Below are positions 55,865 through 64,000 of a stretch of 64,000 bases of DNA, one piece after another. Position 1 is the stretch's first letter, and each line of letters starts with the position of its first letter. The notes under the pieces are model-generated. The model was given only the letters and a program-made list of their open reading frames with translations. It did no database searches and was not told the origin of the DNA. The stretch is from Deltaproteobacteria bacterium (GTDB lineage Bacteria > Desulfobacterota > Binatia > Binatales > Binataceae): NCBI GenBank assembly GCA_021799495.1, contig JAJZAI010000002.1, forward strand, positions 84,968 through 148,967, written 5' to 3'. A program made the position numbers and the translations under genes.

Positions 55865-57895
55865 GTGGCACTCGCATTGGATTCGAAACTCACGCAGGCC
55901 GAACTCGACCAACTGTGCGTCAACTCGATTCGCGTACTCGCGATCGACGCGGTGCAAAAGGCCAATTCGGGTCATCCGGGGATGCCGATGGGGATGGCAC
56001 CGGTAGCGTATCTCCTCTTCACCCGCTATCTGAAGCACAACCCGAAAAATCCGCATTGGTACGGACGCGACCGTTTCGTGTTGTCAGCCGGGCACGGCTC
56101 GATGCTGCTTTACGCGTCGCTGCATCTGACCGGCTACGATTTGCCGCTCGACGAACTCAAGCGGTTTCGCCAGTTGCACAGCAAAACGCCCGGCCATCCG
56201 GAGCACGGCTTGACGCCGGGCGTCGAGACGACGACCGGCCCGCTCGGCCAGGGTTTCGGCAACGGCGTGGGGATGGCGATCGCGGCAAAACACATGGCGG
56301 CGCGGTTCGAGCGCGACAATGTGCGCCTGTTTGAGCATCGCATTTTCGCGATCGTCAGCGACGGCGACCTGATGGAGGGAATCGCGAGCGAGGCCGCGTC
56401 GATCGCCGGCCATCTCGGGCTTGGCAACATTGTTTACCTCTATGACGACAATCACGTGACCATCGACGGTCATACCGACCTGTCGTTTTCCGAGGATGTG
56501 ACGCGCCGCTTCGACGCCTACGGATGGCATACGCAGGTGGTCGAGAACGCCAACGACCTCGCCGCGCTTGGCCATGCGATCGACAACGCGATTGCCGAGG
56601 ACGGCCGGCCGTCGCTGATTCGCGTGCGCAGCCATATCGGCTACGGCAGCCCGCATCGCCAGGATACGTCGGAGGCGCACGGCAAGCCGCTCGGCCCCGA
56701 TGAGATCAAGCTGGTCAAACAGTTCTATGGATGGCCGGCGGAGCCGGATTTTTACGTTCCCGACGCGGCGCGCGAGGAATTCCGAAAATGCGTCGAACGG
56801 GGCGCGCAATACGAGCGCGACTGGCAGGACCGCTTCGACGGCTGGGCGAAGGCGCAGCCCGAGCCGGCGGCGCAGTTTCGCGCGATGGTCGCGGGAGAAT
56901 TGCCCGAGGGATGGGACGCCGGCCTGCCGGTTTTCACGAAAGACCAATCGTTCGCGACGCGCGAATCGGCGTCGAAGGCCGAGCGCGCGATTCATCCGCT
57001 GGTGTGGAATCTGTTCGGCGGCGCGGCCGATTTGAACGAATCGACCTTTACCGACGTGGTTGACGGCGGCGATTTCGAGCGCGGCAACTATGCCGGCCGC
57101 AATCTCCATTTCGGCATCCGCGAGCATGGGATGTGCGCGATTCTTAACGGCATCGCGCTGCACGGCGGATTCATTCCGTACGGATCGAGCTTCTTCGTTT
57201 TCACCGACTATTGCCGCCCGTCGATTCGGCTCGCCGCGTTGATGGAACAGCACGTGATTTACGTTTTCACGCACGATTCGATCGGCGTGGGCGAGGATGG
57301 GCCGACCCATCAGCCGGTCGAGCATCTGACGGCGATGCGCGCGATACCGAATTTGACCGTAATCCGTCCGGGCGACGCCAACGAGGCGGTCGAGGCGTGG
57401 CGCGCCGCGATGACGCATCGGGGCGGCCCGGTGATGCTGGTTTTGTCGCGGCAGAAAGTTCCCACGCTGGATCGGTCGGCCACGGCGCCCGCCGCGGAAC
57501 TCGCGCGAGGCGCATACGTGCTGTGCGAGACGGCCGGCCGCACGCCGGAATTGATCCTGATCGGGACCGGCTCCGAACTCCATCTGGCGGTGGGCGCGAA
57601 GGCCGAGCTGGAAAAGCGCGGACATGCCGTGCGGGTGGTGAGCATGCCCAGTTTCGAGCTTTTCGAGCGGCAGTCGCAGGCGTACCGCGACGAAGTGCTG
57701 CCGCCCGCGATTCGCAAACGGCTGGCGGTCGAAGCAGGCGCGCCGGACGGATGGTATCGCTGGGTCGGGATCGACGGCGACGTGGTCGCGATGACGAGCT
57801 TCGGGGCGTCGGCGCCGGCGAACGACGCGATGAAGCATTTTGGCTTCACGGTCGAAAATGTGGCCGAACGGGCGCTCAAGTTGATCGGCCGCTAG
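55865..57895 (+). CDS. tkt: transketolase
   Basis: GTG start after GGAG; [18 protein letters not shown] ThDP motif; 676 aa. Confidence 0.93.
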   Translation: MALALDSKLTQAELDQLCVNSIRVLAIDAVQKANSGHPGMPMGMAPVAYLLFTRYLKHNPKNPHWYGRDRFVLSAGHGSMLLYASLHLTGYDLPLDELKRFRQLHSKTPGHPEHGLTPGVETTTGPLGQGFGNGVGMAIAAKHMAARFERDNVRLFEHRIFAIVSDGDLMEGIASEAASIAGHLGLGNIVYLYDDNHVTIDGHTDLSFSEDVTRRFDAYGWHTQVVENANDLAALGHAIDNAIAEDGRPSLIRVRSHIGYGSPHRQDTSEAHGKPLGPDEIKLVKQFYGWPAEPDFYVPDAAREEFRKCVERGAQYERDWQDRFDGWAKAQPEPAAQFRAMVAGELPEGWDAGLPVFTKDQSFATRESASKAERAIHPLVWNLFGGAADLNESTFTDVVDGGDFERGNYAGRNLHFGIREHGMCAILNGIALHGGFIPYGSSFFVFTDYCRPSIRLAALMEQHVIYVFTHDSIGVGEDGPTHQPVEHLTAMRAIPNLTVIRPGDANEAVEAWRAAMTHRGGPVMLVLSRQKVPTLDRSATAPAAELARGAYVLCETAGRTPELILIGTGSELHLAVGAKAELEKRGHAVRVVSMPSFELFERQSQAYRDEVLPPAIRKRLAVEAGAPDGWYRWVGIDGDVVAMTSFGASAPANDAMKHFGFTVENVAERALKLIGR

Positions 57896-57944
57896 GCCGG
57901 GACCGCGGGCGCGCGCATCCGCGTTCGCGCAGGGAGCAATCGCG

Positions 57945-60794
57945 ATGAGCAATTCAGTAAGTCCGCTCAAGCAATTGGGGCAATTCGGTCAGAGCGTTTG
58001 GCTCGACTACATCCGCCGCCACCTGCTCGTTTCGGATGAATTTCGCAAGCTGATCGAAGATGACGGAGTCGACGGGATGACGTCGAATCCGACGATTTTC
58101 GAAAAGGCGATCGCCGGCTCCAACGACTACGACGAGGAATTGACCGAGCTGGCCCGCGCGGGCAAAAGCGTGGACGAGATCTACGAAGCGCTTTCGACCG
58201 CCGATATCAGGATGGCGGCGGATCGGCTGCGGCCGATCTGGGAGCGCAGCAATGGGCGCACCGGCTACGTCAGCTATGAAGTTTCTCCGCTGCTGGCGCA
58301 TGACACCGACGGCACGATCGAGGCGGCGCGGCGCTATTTCAAGCTGATCGATCGGCCCAACCTGATGATCAAGGTTCCGTCCACGCCGGCCGGAATTCCA
58401 GCGATCGAAAAGCTGATCGCCGAGGGGCGGTGCATCAACGTGACCCTGATGTTCTCGCTCGAGCATTACGAGAACGTCGCGAATGCGTATATCCGCGGTC
58501 TTGAAGCGCGGGCGCGCGCGGGCCAGCCGCTGGATAAAATCGCCTCGGTGGCGAGCGTGTTCGTGAGCCGGGTCGAAACGTTGGTCGATAAACGGATCGA
58601 CGAGAAGCTCAAGGCGAATCCGGACGAAGCGATCGCGGCGATGCGCGGCACGTCGGCTGTCGCAAACGTGAAGATTATCTACCAGCGCTTCAAAGAACTG
58701 TTCGGCGGAGCGGAGTTCAAGGCCCTTGCCGCGCGCGGCGCGCATGTGCAGCGTCCGCTCTGGGCTTCGACGGGAACCAAGGATCCGAAATACAGCGATA
58801 TCAAGTACGTGCAGGAATTGATCGGCCCGGATACGGTGAACACGATGCCGCCGGCGACGATGGACGCGTATCGCGATCATGGCGCGCCGCGCGCCACGCT
58901 GGAAGACGGCGCCGCCGAGGCGAAGGAAACGGCCGAGCGGTTCCGCGGCATCGGAATCGATCTGTACGAAGTCGGGGAAGTGCTGCAGCGCGAGGGCGTG
59001 GACGCGTTCGTCAAGTCGTTCGACGATTTGCTGGCGGTGATCAAGAAGCGGTGCGACGCGATTCTGTCGGGAGCCCACGATCGGCAGCGGATCGCCGCGC
59101 CGGCGGCGGAGAAAGAGATCGCGGCGGCTTGCGCGCGCCTCGATGCCGAGGACTTTCCCTCGCGGTTGTGGCGGAAGGATCCGACGCTCTGGAAAAAAGA
59201 ACCCGCGCATCAGGAGATAATCCGCAACGCGCTCGGATGGCTGACCGTGCCGGAAACGATGGCCGAGCAGGCGGGCGCGTTGCGCGATTTTGCGGACGGC
59301 GTGCGCAAGGAGCGTTACCAGGACGTTGTGCTGCTTGGCATGGGCGGTTCGAGCCTTTGTCCCGAGACGCTGGCGAAGACCTTTTACAGCGCGCCGGGTT
59401 TTCCGCGGATGCACGTGCTCGATTCCACCGTGCCCGACCAGATTCGCTCGATCGAGCGGCGGATCGACATCATGTCAACGCTGTTCGTGGTCTCGTCGAA
59501 ATCGGGCGGCACGGTGGAGACGATGTCGCACTGCGCCTATTTCTTCGAGCAGGCGGCGGCGCGGCGCGGAAACGCGGCGGGACGCAGCTTCGTCGCGATT
59601 ACAGACGCCGGCACGAGTCTCGAAAAACTGGCGCGCGAGCGCGGTTTCCGCCGCATCTTTTTAAATCCGCCGGATATCGGCGGCCGCTATTCGGCGCTTT
59701 CGTATTTCGGACTGGTTCCGGCCGCGCTGATGGGAATCGACGCCGGCGCGCTGGTCGACCGGGGAATCCGGATGACGCACAGTTCGGCGGCGTGCGTGAA
59801 GGCGCGCGACAACGCGGGCGTCAGTCTGGGCGCGGCGCTGGGCGTGCTGTGCAAACAGGGCCGCGACAAACTGACGCTGATCGTCTCGCCGTCGATCGCG
59901 ACGTTCGGCCTGTGGCTGGAGCAGCTTGTCGCCGAAAGCACGGGCAAGGACGGCTTGGGAATAGTGCCGGTTTGCGACGAGCCGGCAGGCGCGCCGGAGG
60001 TTTACGGCGGCGACCGGATGTTCGTCTATCTGCGGCTCGAAAACGGCGCCGATCCGGTGCAGGACGCGGCGGTCGCGGCGCTGGAAAAGGCGGGCCAGCC
60101 GCTGATCCGCGTTTCGATCGAGGACAAGCTCGATTTGGGCGAGGAGTTCATGCGCTGGGAGATCGCGACGGCGACCGCGGGCGCGCTGCTCGGGATCGAC
60201 GCATTCGATCAGCCCAACGTGCAGGAGAGCAAGGACAATACGAACCGGCTGCTCAAGGAGTTCGCGGCGCGCGACAGATTCGCCGAAGAACATCCGGCGG
60301 CGGAGCACGGGATCGTTTCGCTTTTCTGTCCGGATGGCGTGCGCGCGAAGCTGGGCGGCGCGGGCGATTTCGAAGCGCTGCTCAAGGCGTTCCTCGGCCT
60401 CGCGCGGCCGGGAGACTATTTCGCGACGATGGCCTATGTCGCGGCGGATCCGCTGGTTGAGCGCGAGATCGCGCGAATCCGGACGCTGGTGCGCAACCGG
60501 CTTAAAATCGCGACGACCTTCGGCTACGGGCCGCGTTTTCTGCATTCGACCGGGCAGCTTCACAAGGGCGGGCCGAATACGGGATTGTTCCTGCAAATTA
60601 CGCAGGACCATTCGGACAATCCGATGATTCCCAACGCGCCGTATGGGTTCGCGACGCTCAACGAGGCGCAGCATCGGGGCGATTACGAATCGCTCGAGCG
60701 GCACGGCCGGCGCGTCTTGCGGGCGCATCTGCATGGCGACGTGGCGAGCGCGATGGGCGTGCTGCGCGGGGCCATCGCCGAAGCGCTCGGATGA
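57945..60794 (+). CDS. bifunctional transaldolase / glucose-6-phosphate isomerase
   Basis: N-terminal 370 aa transaldolase (MTSNPTIF, Schiff-base K in MIKVPST); C-terminal PGI (VLLGMGGSSL, SKSGGTVET). Confidence 0.9.
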   Translation: MSNSVSPLKQLGQFGQSVWLDYIRRHLLVSDEFRKLIEDDGVDGMTSNPTIFEKAIAGSNDYDEELTELARAGKSVDEIYEALSTADIRMAADRLRPIWERSNGRTGYVSYEVSPLLAHDTDGTIEAARRYFKLIDRPNLMIKVPSTPAGIPAIEKLIAEGRCINVTLMFSLEHYENVANAYIRGLEARARAGQPLDKIASVASVFVSRVETLVDKRIDEKLKANPDEAIAAMRGTSAVANVKIIYQRFKELFGGAEFKALAARGAHVQRPLWASTGTKDPKYSDIKYVQELIGPDTVNTMPPATMDAYRDHGAPRATLEDGAAEAKETAERFRGIGIDLYEVGEVLQREGVDAFVKSFDDLLAVIKKRCDAILSGAHDRQRIAAPAAEKEIAAACARLDAEDFPSRLWRKDPTLWKKEPAHQEIIRNALGWLTVPETMAEQAGALRDFADGVRKERYQDVVLLGMGGSSLCPETLAKTFYSAPGFPRMHVLDSTVPDQIRSIERRIDIMSTLFVVSSKSGGTVETMSHCAYFFEQAAARRGNAAGRSFVAITDAGTSLEKLARERGFRRIFLNPPDIGGRYSALSYFGLVPAALMGIDAGALVDRGIRMTHSSAACVKARDNAGVSLGAALGVLCKQGRDKLTLIVSPSIATFGLWLEQLVAESTGKDGLGIVPVCDEPAGAPEVYGGDRMFVYLRLENGADPVQDAAVAALEKAGQPLIRVSIEDKLDLGEEFMRWEIATATAGALLGIDAFDQPNVQESKDNTNRLLKEFAARDRFAEEHPAAEHGIVSLFCPDGVRAKLGGAGDFEALLKAFLGLARPGDYFATMAYVAADPLVEREIARIRTLVRNRLKIATTFGYGPRFLHSTGQLHKGGPNTGLFLQITQDHSDNPMIPNAPYGFATLNEAQHRGDYESLERHGRRVLRAHLHGDVASAMGVLRGAIAEALG

Positions 60795-61582
60795 GTGCGA
60801 GCGGCGGCGCGAGAAAATCAAATCTGACGGAACGGATGGAGATGAGCGAGCCAAAAATCGTGGTGCTCGACGACGCGCAGGCGCTGCACGCGCACGCCGC
60901 CGAGGAAATTGCGCATCTTGCGGGCGAAGCCGTGTGCACGCACGGCGAATTCACGCTGTGCCTTTCGGGCGGATCGACGCCGGCTTCGGCGTACGCGATG
61001 CTCGGCACGAAATTCATGTTGAGCGTTGATTGGAAGGAAGTGCAGTTTTTCTGGGGCGACGAACGCTGCGTGCCGCCGGACGATCCGGCGAGCAACTATG
61101 CGATGGCGTCGCGCACGCTGCTCTCAAAACTGACATTGAGGCCGAATCAGATTCACCGGATACCCGGCGAGCGTCCGCCGGCCGATGCGGCGGCCGCATA
61201 TGAAGAGGAAATCCGCGGCCATTTCGGTTTGGGAGAGGGCGAGTTCCCGCGCTTCGATCTGGCGCTGCTGGGCTTGGGGGGCAATTCCCATACCGCGTCG
61301 CTGTTTCCTGGAAGTCCGGCGATCCGCGAAGTGAAGCGTCTGGCGGTCGCCGTCGAGGTGGACGATCCGACGCAACGCCATCGCGTGTCGCTGACGGCGC
61401 CGGTCTTCAACAACGCTGCGCATGTGATGTTCATCGTTGCGGGCGAAGCGAAAGCGCAGGCGGTGTGGAACGTGCTGCGCGGTCCGCGCGACGCGGGAAA
61501 ATATCCCGCGCAGGTCATCGCGCCGACCGACGGCGACGTCATATGGTTGCTCGATCGGGCGGCGGCGGCGAAACTGGCGTGA
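60791..61582 (+). CDS. pgl: 6-phosphogluconolactonase
   Basis: FTLCLSGGSTP and FFWGDERCVPPDDPASNY motifs; ATGA overlap with tal/pgi stop. Confidence 0.88.
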   Translation: MSASGGARKSNLTERMEMSEPKIVVLDDAQALHAHAAEEIAHLAGEAVCTHGEFTLCLSGGSTPASAYAMLGTKFMLSVDWKEVQFFWGDERCVPPDDPASNYAMASRTLLSKLTLRPNQIHRIPGERPPADAAAAYEEEIRGHFGLGEGEFPRFDLALLGLGGNSHTASLFPGSPAIREVKRLAVAVEVDDPTQRHRVSLTAPVFNNAAHVMFIVAGEAKAQAVWNVLRGPRDAGKYPAQVIAPTDGDVIWLLDRAAAAKLA

Positions 61583-61643
61583 GCCTTCGCGGCAAATCCA
61601 GGGAAGGGCTGGACGATCTCCGGCCGGGCGCGAAAGGACGAAC

Positions 61644-62231
61644 ATGGCGCGGTTTGCGATTCGTCATCTGACGGCGATTCTGATCCTGGCGGCGGTGGCG
61701 GCATGGGCGATTTTCTACCTGCCCGGCACGCCGTCATGGACGATTTTTCAACTCAAACAGGCGGTGGACGCGCGCGATGGGGCCGGCGCCGCGCGTTTCG
61801 TGGATTTCCAGAAAGTCGTCGTCAACGCCGGCGACGAAATGGTCTCGGACCAATCTGGCGGCGGCAATCTCGTCACCGAATTTCTCGGCAAGGGCGCCGT
61901 GCAACTGTTCTCGGGTCCGATGGCGGCGCTGCTGGAATCATGGGCGGAAAAAAAGGTTGACGACGGCGCCCGGCAGGTGCGGATGCCGGCGCTGGCGGTC
62001 GTCGGCGCAATCCTGATGCTGCATAGCAACGGCGACAGCGCGTACACCCGCTGGCAGGACAACAAGGGCAAGGTTTGGGAAGTGCGGATGGCCCGCGAGC
62101 AGGGCCAATGGAAAATCGTACAGGTCAAGAACGTCAGGCAGTTGCTCGCCCAGCTACAGCGCGAGCAGAACAAGAATCCGTATGGTCCGCCCTATGGCTC
62201 GGCGCCGCCGAGCGCCGCGGCGACGCCCTGA
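61644..62231 (+). CDS. membrane-anchored hypothetical protein (DUF2939-like)
   Basis: AGGA RBS, N-terminal TM anchor FAIRHLTAILILAAVAAWAIFYL; ORF-track start 61437 rejected. Confidence 0.55.
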   Translation: MARFAIRHLTAILILAAVAAWAIFYLPGTPSWTIFQLKQAVDARDGAGAARFVDFQKVVVNAGDEMVSDQSGGGNLVTEFLGKGAVQLFSGPMAALLESWAEKKVDDGARQVRMPALAVVGAILMLHSNGDSAYTRWQDNKGKVWEVRMAREQGQWKIVQVKNVRQLLAQLQREQNKNPYGPPYGSAPPSAAATP

Positions 62232-62351
62232 ACCAGCCTGAATAAGGGTCGTGGCGGACCGCGTTTACTCGAACGGGTTCGGCCGGTAAGATAAAGGATA
62301 CGCGGTCGGCGGGCGTAAGCGTCTCGGCCGCGTATTTATATTCAGGGCGAT

Positions 62352-64000
62352 ATGCGACGGCAGGATATTCGAAATCTCGCGATTGTGGCGCACGTCGATC
62401 ACGGAAAAACCACGCTGGTCGATGCGTTGTTACGTCAGTCGGGCGTTTTTCGCGCCAATGAACAGGTGGTCGATCGGGTAATGGACTCGAACGCGCTGGA
62501 GCGCGAGCGGGGCATCACGATCATGGCGAAAAACACCTCGATCACGTGGGGCGATATCCGCATCAATATTGTCGATACTCCCGGCCATTCCGATTTCGGC
62601 GGCGAGGTCGAGCGGACGCTGTCGATGGTCGATGGCGTGCTGCTGCTGGTGGATGCCTGCGAGGGGCCGCTGCCGCAGACGCGCTTTGTGCTCAAAAAAG
62701 CGCTGGAGGCCAAGCTTCCGGCGGTGGTGTGCATCAACAAGATCGATCGGCACGACGCGCGGCCGGCCGAGGTGCTGGACGAAGTTTACGATCTTTTCAT
62801 CGATCTGGGCGCCGATGAGAATCAGATCGATTTTCCCGTCCTCTATACCAATGGACGCGCGGGTACGGCGGCGGCCAGCCTGAACGAGACGGGACGCGAC
62901 CTGCGTCCGCTGTTTGAAACGATCATCGGCCAGTTGCCGGGTCCGGATGTCGATCCCGGCGCGTCGGTGCAGTTTCAGGTCAACAATCTCGACTACGACG
63001 ATTACGTTGGCCGTCTGGCGATCGGCCGAATCGTCGCGGGTGCGCTCAAGGTCGGCGAAAATTATTCCGTATGCCGTCCCGACGGCACGCGCGCGGCCGG
63101 CAAAATCACGCGGCTATACGGCTGGCAGGGATTGAAGCGGGTCGAACGCGATGAGGCGCGCGCCGGCGACATCGTGATGGTCGCGGGCAGCGACGAGATC
63201 GAAATTGGCGACACGATCGCGGACCTCGAGGCGCCGCGTTCGCTGCCGGGAATCCGCGTCGACGAACCGACCGTCGCGATGACGTTTTCCGTCAACAACG
63301 CTCCGTGGGCGGGCCGCGAAGGCGAATTCGTGACCTCGCGCAAGCTCGGCGAACGGATTCTGTACGAATCGCGGCGCAACGTGAGCGTGCGCGTCGAGCA
63401 GATTAGCGCCGAGGCCTGGCGCGTAATGGGCAGGGGCGAATTGGCGCTCGCCGTGATTCTGGAGACGATGCGCCGCGAGCGGTATGAACTCCAGGTTTCA
63501 AAACCCACGGTTCTCACCCGCGAAGAGAACGGCGCGGTGCTCGAACCGATGGAATTCATCGTATGCGATATTCCGGAGGAGCATATCGGCACGGTCACGC
63601 AACTGCTTTCGGCGCGGAAAGGCCGGATGCGCTCGATGGAAACGCATGCGAGCGGGCGCGTTCGGCTCGAATACGACGCTCCGTCGCGCGGGCTGATCGG
63701 ATTTCGCGGCCGGTTTCTCGCCGAGACGCGCGGACTCGGCGTGATGCATACGATCTTCAACGGATACGCGCCGTGGGCGGGTTCGATTCGATCGCGCCAA
63801 AACGGCGCGATGATTTCAGATCGCGAGGGTGTGGCGACCGGCTACGCGATTTTCCATCTTCAGGAGCGCGGCCGGTTTTTCATCCCGGCCGGCGATCCGG
63901 TGTACGAAGGTATGATCGTGGGCGAATATTCGCGCGAGACCAATCTTCCGGTGAACGTCTGCCGCGAAAAAAAGCTCACCAACATCCGCGCCGCGGGCCA
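62352..64000 (+). CDS. typA: translational GTPase TypA/BipA (3' end beyond window)
   Basis: G1 AHVDHGKTT, G3 DTPGH, NKID; EF-G-like domain order; no stop within window. Confidence 0.93.
   Translation, partial: MRRQDIRNLAIVAHVDHGKTTLVDALLRQSGVFRANEQVVDRVMDSNALERERGITIMAKNTSITWGDIRINIVDTPGHSDFGGEVERTLSMVDGVLLLVDACEGPLPQTRFVLKKALEAKLPAVVCINKIDRHDARPAEVLDEVYDLFIDLGADENQIDFPVLYTNGRAGTAAASLNETGRDLRPLFETIIGQLPGPDVDPGASVQFQVNNLDYDDYVGRLAIGRIVAGALKVGENYSVCRPDGTRAAGKITRLYGWQGLKRVERDEARAGDIVMVAGSDEIEIGDTIADLEAPRSLPGIRVDEPTVAMTFSVNNAPWAGREGEFVTSRKLGERILYESRRNVSVRVEQISAEAWRVMGRGELALAVILETMRRERYELQVSKPTVLTREENGAVLEPMEFIVCDIPEEHIGTVTQLLSARKGRMRSMETHASGRVRLEYDAPSRGLIGFRGRFLAETRGLGVMHTIFNGYAPWAGSIRSRQNGAMISDREGVATGYAIFHLQERGRFFIPAGDPVYEGMIVGEYSRETNLPVNVCREKKLTNIRAAG

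Noticed and set aside
61437-61643. Upstream extension of the DUF2939-like ORF overlapping the end of pgl
   Set aside because: It overlaps the pgl coding sequence. An AGGA RBS precedes ATG 61644, where the TM anchor begins.
1-64000. Search for CRISPR arrays, rRNA and tRNA genes
   Set aside because: I saw no run of regularly spaced direct repeats with unique spacers. The only short dispersed repeats are the two MITE-like inverted repeats. No intergenic region shows a tRNA cloverleaf or rRNA-like conserved stretches, though without tools a tRNA could have been missed.

Overview
A 64 kb chromosomal segment from a high-GC (about 65-68 % by eye) diderm bacterium. It is densely coded, with roughly 60 credible CDS and many long antisense ORFs typical of GC-rich DNA. 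I found no rRNA, tRNA or CRISPR array. Left to right the window carries: Mla-type ABC lipid-trafficking genes (mlaE with an N-terminal STAS fusion, mlaF, a partial mlaD), an S2P/M50 protease, glycogen phosphorylase, an LdtD-like L,D-transpeptidase, and a cytochrome P450-ferredoxin pair followed by small cupin, PPOX/F420-class and SnoaL-like genes. MsrA, an orphan MurF-like ligase, purE, a secreted protein with (GPMMA)5 Met-rich tandem repeats and a D-aminoacylase follow. A SnoaL-like, FkbM methyltransferase and GT4 glycosyltransferase trio and an LLM flavin oxidoreductase come next. Several CoA-transferase, enoyl-CoA hydratase, thiolase and DUF35 genes are present, including an NMO-CaiB-CaiB-thiolase-DUF35 operon. 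The most notable item is a candidate selenoprotein of the GrdB/PrdB type at 29330-30220. It has one in-frame UGA inside a U-x-x-C motif and a SECIS-like hairpin directly downstream. It is followed by a glutaredoxin-like CxxC protein, a rubredoxin, a pirin, an AurF-like di-iron oxygenase, a TetR regulator and an outer-membrane beta-barrel. The second notable item is a roughly 1.8 kb low-GC island at 36290-38090. It carries a higB/higA-like toxin-antitoxin pair with a sigma70 promoter and operator palindrome, plus an unknown third Zn-ribbon gene. A MITE-like inverted-repeat element (the VILSAAKNP-type repeat) flanks the island, and a second copy lies at 52365-52458. Further right are a NicO/RcnA nickel transporter, a Ycf48-like beta-propeller and MMPL/RND transporter pair ending in a clean intrinsic terminator, and two tandem paralogous lipoproteins. 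The window ends with an epoxide hydrolase, a pentose-phosphate cluster (tkt, a fused tal/pgi, pgl) and a 3'-truncated typA/bipA. No tools were used and no database search was run; all family calls come from motifs read in the translations.
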